Positions 19,670 through 28,516 of a stretch of DNA of 31,221 bases are shown here, in pieces. Each line of letters opens with the position of its first letter. Position 1 is the stretch's first letter. The translations under genes and the position numbers were made by a program. The notes below the pieces were generated by a model. The model ran no database searches. It saw only the letters and a list, made by a program, of their open reading frames with translations, and was not told the origin of the DNA. Source of the DNA: an uncultured Planctomycetaceae bacterium (GTDB taxonomy: Bacteria > Planctomycetota > Planctomycetia > Pirellulales > Lacipirellulaceae); NCBI GenBank assembly GCA_964526975.1, contig CAZGMU010000006.1:1211-32431 (forward strand), given 5' to 3'.

Positions 19670-19850
19670 AGTTTGCCTCTCGTCAAATAATCACTCGATT
19701 GAAAACGGCGCGGTAATTGGAGCCGATAAAAGCTTTCGGCTTTCGGCTGTCGGCTATCGGCCAGAAAGCAAGTAGGCCAATCGCTGCGCAGTCTTCAATA
19801 AACCGCCTGGCAATAATCTACCACCGGGGCCGTCTTGCTGTCTCCACCCT

Positions 19851-20011
19851 CTCACGCAGAGGCGCAGAGTAAGGAATGGAACCACAAAGGCACGAAGGAC
19901 ACGAAGAAGAAAGAGGGATGAGCAGGTCTTTTTTACAGTTACTTTCAAAATTTTTCGTGTCTTTGTGGCTCCATTCATTCTTGTCTTTGCGTCTTCGCGC
20001 CTTTGCGTGAG
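19851..20011. repeat. Composite two-level palindromic element (copy 2)
   Basis: Outer ctcacgcagagg...ctttgcgtgag arms, inner gaatggaaccac...gtggctccattc arms, and a loop similar to 1576-1620. Confidence 0.88.
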
Positions 20012-20350
20012 ATTATCTTTCGTCCAAGCCAACCGCGGATCACTGGCGCCTTTTACTTGGCGGCTTGGCGGTTCCATTTGTTAGAGGCATTTAGTAGGTG
20101 CAAAACGTTCCAGTGGTGCGGTTTGTACCTGGCGGCGCTTAAGTCCTTGGGCGCGTTGTATTTGTTATGGGAAGGGCTTCTCGTGTCGGTATAAAACGTA
20201 CCAAATTGCTGGCGTTTCGTTGCGCCGTGAGGTTGTGATCGCGGTTCGTTGTAACTCTGTGTTGACATTGGATGTTACGACAAAGTTATTTATCGCGTGC
20301 TCGTTTGGCATTCGCTTCGCTTTAGAGCGGCTTAACGCGTGCTTCGCTGG

Positions 20351-20378
20351 TTGGCAGACAAGAATGTCTGCCCCACGG
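20351..20378 (+). repeat. REP TTGGCAGACAAGAATGTCTGCCCCACGG
   Basis: Identical 28-mer at 27554-27581; internal palindrome ggcagaca/tgtctgcc. Confidence 0.9.
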
Positions 20379-20395
20379 CGCGATGGGAGTCGCTC

Positions 20396-20881
20396 ATGGT
20401 ATCGGACATCACTCGGCCTGGATTGATTGTGTCGCCCACGCGGCGCGCGAGCGATTTGCTGGATGAGTTGATCGCCTACACGGAGTGGCCGGTGCTCGTC
20501 GAGCCGAGTGTTCGGCTGCTCCTTCAACAGATCGAAGTGACGTCGCCTCAGTGCCTGTTGTTTTGGTTCGACGAAACGCAGGACATCGATTCGGGGCTGA
20601 AGTTGATTGCTCGGCTTCGCGATCGCGGCTCCAGGCCTTATCGCGTGGCCGTGGTTTATCGGCTGCCGACAGACGCCGAGCCGGCGATTCGATCGGCTGG
20701 CATTCATTCGGTATTGAACGTTTGCGGGAGCATCGAGGCGCTGGTTCGGAGCGCTCTCTTGCCGCTGCTTGCCGCGCCGCCCTCGGGGTTGCCGGCGGTG
20801 GTTGGGCGAGAGCAGCTCGAGCCGGTTATTCGGGGGCCGACGAGTGCGCGCGGTTCGCCGGCCAAGTTGCATCCGCCTTAG
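20396..20881 (+). CDS. Atypical single-domain CheY-like receiver protein
   Basis: Alternating beta/alpha pattern with PQCLLFWFD, SGLKLIARLR and AIRSAG, equivalent to the receiver beta3/alpha3/alpha4 elements. The ORF-track start (20339) includes the REP. Confidence 0.5.
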   Translation: MVSDITRPGLIVSPTRRASDLLDELIAYTEWPVLVEPSVRLLLQQIEVTSPQCLLFWFDETQDIDSGLKLIARLRDRGSRPYRVAVVYRLPTDAEPAIRSAGIHSVLNVCGSIEALVRSALLPLLAAPPSGLPAVVGREQLEPVIRGPTSARGSPAKLHPP

Positions 20882-20996
20882 TGACGGTGGAGAGGGGGGG
20901 TGGTTTGCGGTGAGCAAGCTCACCGGCTAATTGACGCAAAGAATACGCTTTTCTCGGTTACGACCAAATCAACGCAACGTTTTAAGGAGTACGCTC

Positions 20997-21236
20997 ATGA
21001 TCGCATCTTATACGGACTCTTCTCGCTACGAACCGCAATTCGACGAAGCGCTTGACGCTGATCGGTTCGAAAGATTCTCTCATCGCCGTGGCGGCGACTT
21101 TCCGGTTCGTTCTCATTCGTCTCGCACGCGCGCCAAGATGCGCGGCCGGGCGACTCCCGCGGCGCGCAATAAGTCTCGCTCGTTCAACGGCTCGAATCGC
21201 CGTGGGCGGGGCAAACAGTGGGCGGCTGCTTACTAG
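20997..21236 (+). CDS. Small hypothetical protein (79 aa), acidic N-terminus and very basic C-terminus
   Basis: Strong AAGGAG RBS before ATG 20997; ends FNGSNRRGRGKQWAAAY. Confidence 0.6.
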   Translation: MIASYTDSSRYEPQFDEALDADRFERFSHRRGGDFPVRSHSSRTRAKMRGRATPAARNKSRSFNGSNRRGRGKQWAAAY

Positions 21237-21257
21237 CCGATGCTTTCGATGTCTGTG

Positions 21258-21319
21258 GCTGAATTCGCAAGAATTCGAATGTTTTCCGGATTTGTCTGAA
21301 TTCTGGTGAATTCAGCTAC
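21258..21319. repeat. REP doublet, GCTGAATTCGCCAGAATTCG family
   Basis: gctgaattcgcaagaattcg...ctgaattctggtgaattcagctac. Same family at 27469-27528 and 28517-28543. Confidence 0.85.
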
Positions 21320-21369
21320 ATCGGTGATGGGTATTGAAAGTACGTCCTTTTTCACAGGAGTTGGAAAAT

Positions 21370-22020
21370 ATGTCTTGCTTACGATTCTTCTTTGCGTGGT
21401 TGATGCTGATTGGTTCCTTTTCGACCGCCACTGCGGCGCCGATTACGAACATTTACAACACGGGGGTGAACAACGCGGGCAATGCTCTGCCTGGACCGAA
21501 TATCGTTGATCCGCACTATAGCATTATTGCTCCACCAAATTTTCTCACGGTTACGGTCGACGACACGAACTATCCGTTTCCGGCGTGGGTGGCCAACAAT
21601 TCGGGTTCGCGGTGGATTAGTCGCGCTTTCGATGCAAATGGCCCAGCGGCACCGTATATCTACCGGACCAACTTTACCGTTCCGGCGAACGCAATTCTGA
21701 GCACGGTGAGTGTCACCGGCGATTGGGCGACAGACAACCCGGGAACGGACATCCGCATCAACGGATTGTCGACCGGGCAGACAAATCTGGCGTTCAATTC
21801 GTTCGCCGCGCTGGTTCCGTTTTCGATCACGAGCGGGTTTGTGCATGGAAACAACACGCTCGACTTTTATGTGACCAACTGGGACGGCCCAACCGGGCTG
21901 CGCGTCGACCACATCGCCGGCAGTTATCAGATTCCCGAGCCCGCGAGCATCGTTCTCGTTATCGGGTTGCTCGCTGCTTGCGGCGGTATGCGTTTGCGGA
22001 GGAGGTGTGAACTGCTTTGA
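21370..22020 (+). CDS. PEP-CTERM protein, probable galactose-binding/jelly-roll domain
   Basis: CAGGAG RBS; signal peptide; WATDN..IRING, FVHGNNTLDFYVTN..GPTGLRV; IPEPASIVLVIGLLAACGGMRLRRR. Confidence 0.85.
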   Translation: MSCLRFFFAWLMLIGSFSTATAAPITNIYNTGVNNAGNALPGPNIVDPHYSIIAPPNFLTVTVDDTNYPFPAWVANNSGSRWISRAFDANGPAAPYIYRTNFTVPANAILSTVSVTGDWATDNPGTDIRINGLSTGQTNLAFNSFAALVPFSITSGFVHGNNTLDFYVTNWDGPTGLRVDHIAGSYQIPEPASIVLVIGLLAACGGMRLRRRCELL

Positions 22021-22086
22021 ACGCGAGTCCAGCTCATACTTTGCACGACTCATTCTCAATACACCAACAATTACAGGAAAGTTCTC

Positions 22087-23148
22087 ATGAAGAAATATCT
22101 CCACTACTTGTATGCACTACTGGCATGCCTGGGGGCAACACTTTTGGTCGCACAAGCGCAAGCCGATCCGCTGCCAGGCCAAGTTTTGAAGTTCGACCAA
22201 TCACCGATGATTGCCACGACGATTCCCGCCGGTGGACAGATTCAAACTTATTACGGTCACGATGAGCTGAGCACGGCCTATGGTGTGTCCACCGCGGCAG
22301 GTCCGCCGATAAGTTATCGGGGCACGTTCATGGCCGATGATTTCGCAGACAAGTTCAGCACACCGGTGGTCCACATCACGTGGTGGGGCTCCTATATCGA
22401 CAACAACATTCCGGGAGTTCCGCCGCAACCGCCCGTCCAGAAGTTTCTCATTGCCTGGGAAACCGACGTGCCGCAGGGACCGGGCGTGCCGTTCAGTTAT
22501 CCTGGGTCTGTCATCCAACACGAAGTCGTGACGCTCGGCAATTTATCACCAGGCACGTTTACGGAAACGCTTGAGCGCGGCCCGGATCCTGTCTTGGGCG
22601 AGGCGCTTTACCGATACAACGCCGAGTTGGCACTGCCGTTCGCTCAAAAGCCGGATACGGTGTACTGGTTGAAGATCGCCGCGCTGGTCGATGTGCCGCA
22701 ACCGCTTCCTCCTGTCCCGGCTCCGATTCCAACAGGCGTTACGCAATGGGGTTGGCACAATCGCGACTACACGATCAACAATCCGCAAGCGTCGGTGGCT
22801 CCGAATGTGAACCCCGGCGAGGACATCGACGGCGTCGTACCGGGCTCCAATGTCCCCGTTTGGCATTTCCAGGATGACGCGGTCACGGGCATTTTGGATT
22901 TCGTACCTGTTTCGCCGAACGGTCCGATTATCAATCAGTTCAATATGACGCCGACGCACTATTTGTTCGCGAACAACAACGGTGTCGGGCCGATTGACGG
23001 GCCTCAAGGAATTGAACTGAAGTCGAAGGATCTTGCTTTTCGGTTGTACACGGATCCAATTCCCGAGCCGGCGAGCTGCCTGTTGATGGTGATCGGTCTG
23101 GCGGGAATCACGGCAAGCCGACGACGATTCCGCTCGCACCAAGTGTAG
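22087..23148 (+). CDS. PEP-CTERM protein, Pro-rich, unknown function
   Basis: CAGGA RBS; signal peptide ending AQAQA; ADDF..HITWWGSY; IPEPASCLLMVIGLAGITASRRRFR. Confidence 0.88.
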   Translation: MKKYLHYLYALLACLGATLLVAQAQADPLPGQVLKFDQSPMIATTIPAGGQIQTYYGHDELSTAYGVSTAAGPPISYRGTFMADDFADKFSTPVVHITWWGSYIDNNIPGVPPQPPVQKFLIAWETDVPQGPGVPFSYPGSVIQHEVVTLGNLSPGTFTETLERGPDPVLGEALYRYNAELALPFAQKPDTVYWLKIAALVDVPQPLPPVPAPIPTGVTQWGWHNRDYTINNPQASVAPNVNPGEDIDGVVPGSNVPVWHFQDDAVTGILDFVPVSPNGPIINQFNMTPTHYLFANNNGVGPIDGPQGIELKSKDLAFRLYTDPIPEPASCLLMVIGLAGITASRRRFRSHQV

Positions 23149-23306
23149 TTGAGCTTTTCTCCTTGTGTCCGCAGGCGCGGCTCCTTCGCGCCTGCGGGCG
23201 AATGGAATGGCAGAGGCGCCAGCCACTGCCTGTTCGAGATGCGCTGGCACGCATTGTTTTCATTCCCTGTTTCCGCGTCATTGCCACTTACAAGAACGAA
23301 CGACTC

Positions 23307-23939
23307 ATGAGAATTAAAATTAATACGACCACACCGAGCTTCGCCACGCTGTTGGCACTTGCGATTGTTGCCGCTTCGGCCGCTCACGGATCGACCATTG
23401 TTTACGACAACCTCTCGCCGGTGGCGCCTTACTATCACAATTACGGCAACTGGTTGGGGACGTTTGGCGGTCAGTATGAGATCACGGCCACGACGTTTGT
23501 GCCGAACGCGTCGGGACAGCTCGACGAATTGACGCTGGGATTGTTTTATCAAATGGGCGCGAATTCGGTGACGTTGCGGTTGTCGCCGGATGTCGCGGGA
23601 TTGCCAAGCACGCCGATCTGGCAAACGTCAGTGCCGCCCGCCGCCGGCTATGGGGCACTGCTCAACGTGAGCGGAATCGGTGGGCCGATGCTGACGGCTG
23701 GGCAGATGTACTGGCTGGAAGGCGTCGCGCCGGTTACTCCGACGACATTGCATGGTTGGTATTCGAACAACCAGGGCAGCTATGGACCGATCATTGCATC
23801 GGGCAATTACGGGGTGAACCAACTGCGATTTTCGTTGCGGGTGGGAGTGCTATCGACGGTGCCGGAGCCGGGAGCAGGTGTACTGGTTGGCTGCGGTTGC
23901 CTGGGAATGCTGGGCCTGGGGCGGCGGAGCCGGACGTAG
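23307..23939 (+). CDS. PEP-CTERM protein (choice-of-anchor R-like domain, tentative)
   Basis: Signal peptide ending AASAAHG; TIVYDNL, TTFVPNASGQL..L.L, YWL; VPEPGAGVLVGCGCLGMLGLGRRSR. Confidence 0.85.
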   Translation: MRIKINTTTPSFATLLALAIVAASAAHGSTIVYDNLSPVAPYYHNYGNWLGTFGGQYEITATTFVPNASGQLDELTLGLFYQMGANSVTLRLSPDVAGLPSTPIWQTSVPPAAGYGALLNVSGIGGPMLTAGQMYWLEGVAPVTPTTLHGWYSNNQGSYGPIIASGNYGVNQLRFSLRVGVLSTVPEPGAGVLVGCGCLGMLGLGRRSRT

Positions 23940-24096
23940 CACGGGCTTTTGCCCGTGTTTTCAAGGGGCAGGTTTTTCGTGGTGTGGGAGAGAAATAGAC
24001 AGACGGACTGAAGTTCATCCCACGCGGGTCCATTGCCTTTCTTGCAGCCGTGGCGGAGAATAGCAGAAATTCCATTTCCCTTGAAGCTCGCCCACG

Positions 24097-24522
24097 ATGC
24101 GGACTATTCGTCACCGATTTTTGAGCTGCCTGCTGCTGGCGGCTTACGCCGGCATTTCGTTACTGGGCGACGGTCTGCACTTGTTGCTCCCAGAGGGTCA
24201 GCAGCACCATCATCATCACGGAACCTACGTCGCTGGCCACAGTTGCCACGACTCGCAGCACGCCTATCATCATCACGACGATGCTTGCTGCTCGGACTGT
24301 TCCGACGATGTGGGGCCGGCGATCAGTGATTCAGACGTGGATGGGCATCTCTGCGAGATTTGCTCGTTCCTTGTGAATGCCATTTCGCAGTCGGTGGAGG
24401 CCGCTGCCGCGGTCGATTGGCAGCCGCTCGTTGTAGAATCTGAGCCTGAAACGCAGGCTGTCTATTCATGTATCTCTCTAGGACCTCAAGCGCCGCGTGG
24501 CCCGCCATTGTTGCTGGGCTGA
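24097..24522 (+). CDS. His/Cys-rich DUF2946-like leader protein with CxxC and C-terminal RGPP
   Basis: N-terminal hydrophobic segment, HHHHH and HHH tracts, HLCEIC, and APRGPP four residues before the stop. Confidence 0.75.
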   Translation: MRTIRHRFLSCLLLAAYAGISLLGDGLHLLLPEGQQHHHHHGTYVAGHSCHDSQHAYHHHDDACCSDCSDDVGPAISDSDVDGHLCEICSFLVNAISQSVEAAAAVDWQPLVVESEPETQAVYSCISLGPQAPRGPPLLLG

Positions 24523-24684
24523 TTCGCTGTCGCTGCATCGTTCATGGCTGAGCGGCGCTATCTATATCTATAGCTGCGCGTGTCGTGATCGGTTCGCTTT
24601 GTGAACCGGCTCGCTGCGCGCTGATTACCACGCGTGAAAGGGCTTGTTGCACGTGGGGTTTCGATGCGTATTTGAGGTTTTGTC

Positions 24685-25587
24685 ATGTCTGGTTCCAAGA
24701 AGCGGGCGTTTACGCTTGTCGAGTTGTTAGTCGTGATTGCCGTGATCGGCATCTTGGTCGCTTTGTTATTGCCGGCGATTCAGGCGGCGCGCGAAGCGGC
24801 CCGGCGGTCGCAGTGCAAGAATAATCTGAAGCAGATTGGATTGGCGCTGCACAATTACGAGAGCACGCGCAAGGCGTTTCCGCCGAGCTTCGTCTCGAAG
24901 GCCGTGGCGATCAATGAAGAGGGGCAGGGGCCCGGTTGGGGGTGGGGCGCTCACATTTTGCCCCATTTGGAAGAGGCGAATCTCAACATCGATTTGAAGC
25001 GCGAGATCACCGATCCCCTGTACAACGAGATTCGCACGAAGCCGCTAAGCGTTTTTCGTTGCCCGAGCGATGCGGTGGAAGATCCACTCGTTTCGGTGCA
25101 GAACGCTTCCGGAGCGGAGCTGACGAAGGTGGCGTTTGCCAACTATGTCGGTGTGGGCGGCACGGCCGAAGTGAGCGGTTTTCCGGATACGGGAACCGGG
25201 GTATTTCTACGAAACCGGGGAGTCCGCATCAAGGAAATCACCGACGGCACGAGCCACACGATCATGGTCAGCGAGCGGGCCAGCCGGCAGTCGCCACAGA
25301 CGACCTGGGTCGGGGCGATCACCGATGCCAGCGTGCCGCCGAAGAACCCGGCCTACGAGGAGGAAGGGCCGCCGGTGCTGGTGCTGACGAACACGGGCGA
25401 GGCGGCCGACGGCCGAGTGCCGAACAACGAATTGGACCATGTGGAGGACTCGAACAGCATGCACCCACAAGGTGTCCACATCATGTTTGCCGACGCCTCG
25501 GTGCAGAACATTAATAATGACATTGATCCCAAGGTATGGGAGGCGCTGGGAACCCGGGCGGGGAGCGAGCCGAATGGGAGCTACTGA
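24685..25587 (+). CDS. DUF1559 (prepilin-type N-terminal methylation) protein
   Basis: KKRA|[50 protein letters not shown]; C-terminal [15 protein letters not shown] (H-X9-DG variant); GAGG RBS. Confidence 0.95.
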   Translation: MSGSKKRAFTLVELLVVIAVIGILVALLLPAIQAAREAARRSQCKNNLKQIGLALHNYESTRKAFPPSFVSKAVAINEEGQGPGWGWGAHILPHLEEANLNIDLKREITDPLYNEIRTKPLSVFRCPSDAVEDPLVSVQNASGAELTKVAFANYVGVGGTAEVSGFPDTGTGVFLRNRGVRIKEITDGTSHTIMVSERASRQSPQTTWVGAITDASVPPKNPAYEEEGPPVLVLTNTGEAADGRVPNNELDHVEDSNSMHPQGVHIMFADASVQNINNDIDPKVWEALGTRAGSEPNGSY

Positions 25588-25621
25588 TGGGCAACACGCA
25601 ATTACGTAAGTCCTAAAAGAT

Positions 25622-25805
25622 CTCACGCAAAGGCGCGAAGGCGCAAAGAATACGAATTCATTTACCATTAAGTACACCAAGATCACGAAGAAAGAAAAGG
25701 AATAGGCAGAAGGTGTTGCAGCCACTTCAAAGGCACTTTGTGCCCCTCGTGCCCCTTGGTGGTTCAATTCATTCTTTACTTTGCGCCTTCGCGCCTTTGC
25801 GTGAG
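25622..25805. repeat. Composite two-level palindromic element (copy 3)
   Basis: Outer ctcacgcaaaggcgcgaaggcgcaaag / ctttgcgccttcgcgcctttgcgtgag arms; inner caccaagatcacgaag arms; loop shares ttgcagccacttc with copy 1. Confidence 0.88.
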
Positions 25806-26043
25806 ACTTCCCCTTGGTTGGGAGAAGGCTGGGGCGAGGGTGCCTTGTAGAGTTCCTTAGATAAGGTTAACGGCATAGAGTTAGTCTGTGATTGTTGTGA
25901 GAGATCCGAGGGAAGGAACTGACGGACTGGAGTCCGTTCCACGAAAGAATGGCCGGTTATGACGGCTGGAGTGTCGCGTGGGACGGAAATGGGCCGATTT
26001 CGGCCGGGGAATCGGGTTAATCGGCAGCGAGTGTGGAGTTTGC

Positions 26044-26072
26044 TTGACCCATCCCGGGCCCCTATTTACTAT
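26044..26072 (+). promoter_or_regulatory. Probable sigma70-type promoter
   Basis: TTGACC-N17-TACTAT, about 60 nt upstream of ATG 26133. Confidence 0.55.
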
Positions 26073-26132
26073 AAAAACTGAGCTATTTCAGCAGTTTCCC
26101 GCCTCTTCCCGGGCCCGCTCCGGCCACGCGGC

Positions 26133-27419
26133 ATGATTCTATACGTTCTTATTGGTTTGGCGCTGGCGTCGTTTGTGATCGCGTTTTTCAGCGCGCGCAC
26201 GTGGCATTGGGGCCATGTGGTTGTCGTCGAGCTATTGTTCTTGGCCACGCTGGGCTTCTTTTTGCTCTCATCGGAAGTGGTGCGAGTCAACGCAGTGCTT
26301 CGTGCGCAGATCAATAAGGATCAAAAGCAACTCGATATCGTCGAGGCCCAAAACGTGGCGCTGCGCGAAGGAACGGAGAGCGGTGCGATCGTCGGTCAAT
26401 TAACCGCGATGGACCCGCCGGTGAAGACTGCGAAGGATAGCGAAGGCAACGAAAAGCTCGATAGCATTGCCAACCTCGATCACAAGCTGCTGATCGCCAC
26501 GCGGCTTCGCGGCCGCGTGTGGCGCAATGCGAAGCCGGCCGCGGCGCCAAATGCCCAGACGGGCATGGTGAATGTTGCGATTCCAGCGCCGACGCCCTCG
26601 GGCATCAAGAAAGACACAGTGGTATTCGTGTTCGAGGAAGGCGCTCCACAGCCTCCGGATGCGAAGGGTGTGCCGCGCGGCCCGCAGTTTTTGGGCGAGT
26701 TCACCGTGACGACGGCGGCCCCGCAGCAAGCGACGCTTACGCCGGTGCTGGCGATGGACGAATTCGAGCGACGCCGGTTGGCCGCGAGTCGTGGTCCGTG
26801 GTCGATTTACGAGACGATGCCGCTCGATCGGCATGAGATCTTTGCCGGGAAGACCGAGCAGGAATTGCAACAGTTGTTGCCGAAGAAATCGCTCGCGGAA
26901 TATCTTCGTGACAACAAGCCCGCAACCGCGGACGATGATCCAGTGCGGGTCATCGGTTTCGACGAAACGGGCAAGCCGCTGCCGCCGAGCGATTTGAGCA
27001 AGGCGGCCAAGAAGGTTTACCAGCGCCGGTTGCGGGACTATGCGGCCGAGTTTGCCGTGATGGCTCGCCGGCGGATTGCTTTGTTGACCGAGATCGATGC
27101 CGTGCAGAAGGACATCGCCCGGCTTGTGGCAGCCCAGGAAGAGGCGAAAAGAATTCAAGCGTTCCGCGAAAACGAGCGGACCAAGTTGCAGGCCGATCTG
27201 GCTGGCGTGGAAAAGGAAAAGGCGGCGATCGAGAAGCACCTGGCCGATGTGCAGAAGCTGCTGGCCCGGGCGCGTGAGTTGACGGCCGATCTTTTGAAGC
27301 GCAACGAGCAGTTGGCGGCCGAGCTAGCTGCCCGCGAGTTGCCGAGGGTGGCGCCGGCTGGCGGCGCCGCGACGCCGGTGAAGAGCGCTGCGCCGTTGGT
27401 GCTGGGCAGCGTGAAGTAA
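26133..27419 (+). CDS. Hypothetical membrane-anchored coiled-coil protein
   Basis: Two N-terminal hydrophobic segments, a central beta-rich region, a long heptad-like C-terminal region and GC-rich codon usage. Confidence 0.85.
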   Translation: MILYVLIGLALASFVIAFFSARTWHWGHVVVVELLFLATLGFFLLSSEVVRVNAVLRAQINKDQKQLDIVEAQNVALREGTESGAIVGQLTAMDPPVKTAKDSEGNEKLDSIANLDHKLLIATRLRGRVWRNAKPAAAPNAQTGMVNVAIPAPTPSGIKKDTVVFVFEEGAPQPPDAKGVPRGPQFLGEFTVTTAAPQQATLTPVLAMDEFERRRLAASRGPWSIYETMPLDRHEIFAGKTEQELQQLLPKKSLAEYLRDNKPATADDDPVRVIGFDETGKPLPPSDLSKAAKKVYQRRLRDYAAEFAVMARRRIALLTEIDAVQKDIARLVAAQEEAKRIQAFRENERTKLQADLAGVEKEKAAIEKHLADVQKLLARARELTADLLKRNEQLAAELAARELPRVAPAGGAATPVKSAAPLVLGSVK

Positions 27420-27422
27420 GGC

Positions 27423-27447
27423 ACTGCTTCTCTCGTATAGAAGCAGT
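27423..27447 (+). terminator. Possible intrinsic terminator hairpin
   Basis: Perfect 9-bp stem actgcttct/agaagcagt directly after the stop. The T-rich tract is offset by about 10 nt. Confidence 0.4.
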
Positions 27448-27468
27448 TGAGCGCTGCTTTCTTTTGTC

Positions 27469-27581
27469 GCTGAATTCGCCAGAATTCGGCCATCCAGCAA
27501 CACGTCCGAATTCTTGCGAATTCAACTATGGAGGTTGAGCTTGCTTGCGGAATTTGGCAGACAAGAATGTCTGCCCCACGG
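27469..27581. repeat. GAATTC-family REP doublet followed by a GGCAGACA REP
   Basis: 27469-27528 matches 21258-21319; 27554-27581 is identical to 20351-20378. Confidence 0.85.
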
Positions 27582-27626
27582 GGCCTGTGGCACTTGGTTG
27601 CCTGTCTGGCATACAATTACGTCGTC

Positions 27627-28514
27627 ATGGGAATCTACGATCGCGATTATCAACGAGACGACTACTACAACCGCCGACCGGGCTTCGACCTGGGAGGCCC
27701 GCGCACGCTCACGACGAATCTCGTGATCGTGATGTTTATCGTCTACGCGATTCAGCTAGTGACTCGCGGCGAGCGGCCGGACTCAGGCTGGTTCACCGAG
27801 CTATTTTCTTTGCATGCTGATGTCGTCAAGCGGCCGTGGTTGCTTTTCGAGCTGGTAACGTACGGCTTCTTGCACGATGTGTGGCATTTCCAGCATATCT
27901 TGTTCAACATGCTCGGGCTGTGGCTCTTTGGGCGATCGGTCGAGTATCGCTATGGCAAGCGTGAGTACTTCACGTTCTTCCTGGCAGGCGTGGTCGTGGC
28001 GGGAGTGATCTGGGTGGTGGGCGAGTTCATCGCACAACGCGAATGGACGTCGATCTCGATGCTGGGGGCCTCGGGAGGAATCTCGGCGGTGCTGATTTTG
28101 TTCTGCCTGAATTTCCCTCACCAGTTGATTTACATTTATGGTGTGTTGCCGATTCCGGCATGGGTCGCGGCGATCATCTTCGTCGGTTTCGACTTAATGG
28201 GAGCCATGGGCCAGGGGGGGCAGGGCGGCGCCAATGTGGCGTTTACGGCCCACCTGGGCGGCGCGCTGTTTGCGCTACTGTATTTCCAAACGGGCATGCG
28301 GCTGGAGCGATTCTTGCCAAACGCTTCGCTGCTTAGCCAGTTGAAGGCGAAGCCCAAGCTGCGCGTGCATGATCCCGAGTCGGCCGAGGATACCGAGCAG
28401 GCGGTGGATGAAATCCTCAAGAAGATCCAGGAGCAGGGCCGCGATAGTTTGACGCGCCGCGAGCGGCGGATTCTTGAGGAGGCCAGCCGCGAATATCAGA
28501 AGAGGAGAAACTAG
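27627..28514 (+). CDS. Rhomboid family intramembrane serine protease
   Basis: MGIYDRDY start; HILFNM, GASGG (catalytic Ser) and AHLGG (catalytic His); C-terminal VDEILKKI..QG..SLT..ER..L tail. Confidence 0.93.
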   Translation: MGIYDRDYQRDDYYNRRPGFDLGGPRTLTTNLVIVMFIVYAIQLVTRGERPDSGWFTELFSLHADVVKRPWLLFELVTYGFLHDVWHFQHILFNMLGLWLFGRSVEYRYGKREYFTFFLAGVVVAGVIWVVGEFIAQREWTSISMLGASGGISAVLILFCLNFPHQLIYIYGVLPIPAWVAAIIFVGFDLMGAMGQGGQGGANVAFTAHLGGALFALLYFQTGMRLERFLPNASLLSQLKAKPKLRVHDPESAEDTEQAVDEILKKIQEQGRDSLTRRERRILEEASREYQKRRN

Positions 28515-28516
28515 GA

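Noticed and set aside
19721-19761. 7-nt tandem ct(t/g/a)tcgg x4 with an upstream inverse agccgata
   Set aside because: Real, but a single short copy; probably another repeat-family remnant and not a contingency locus, because it lies outside a CDS.
23150-23306. Possible riboswitch upstream of the third PEP-CTERM gene
   Set aside because: Only GC-rich hairpins; no recognisable aptamer consensus.
24685-25587. H-X9-DA in place of H-X9-DG, and Ala at prepilin position -1
   Set aside because: Minor variants that I judge unremarkable for this large family.
27627-28514. Rhomboid acting as the sortase for the nearby PEP-CTERM proteins
   Set aside because: PEP-CTERM is processed by exosortases; rhombosortase targets GlyGly-CTERM. 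Proximity alone is not evidence.
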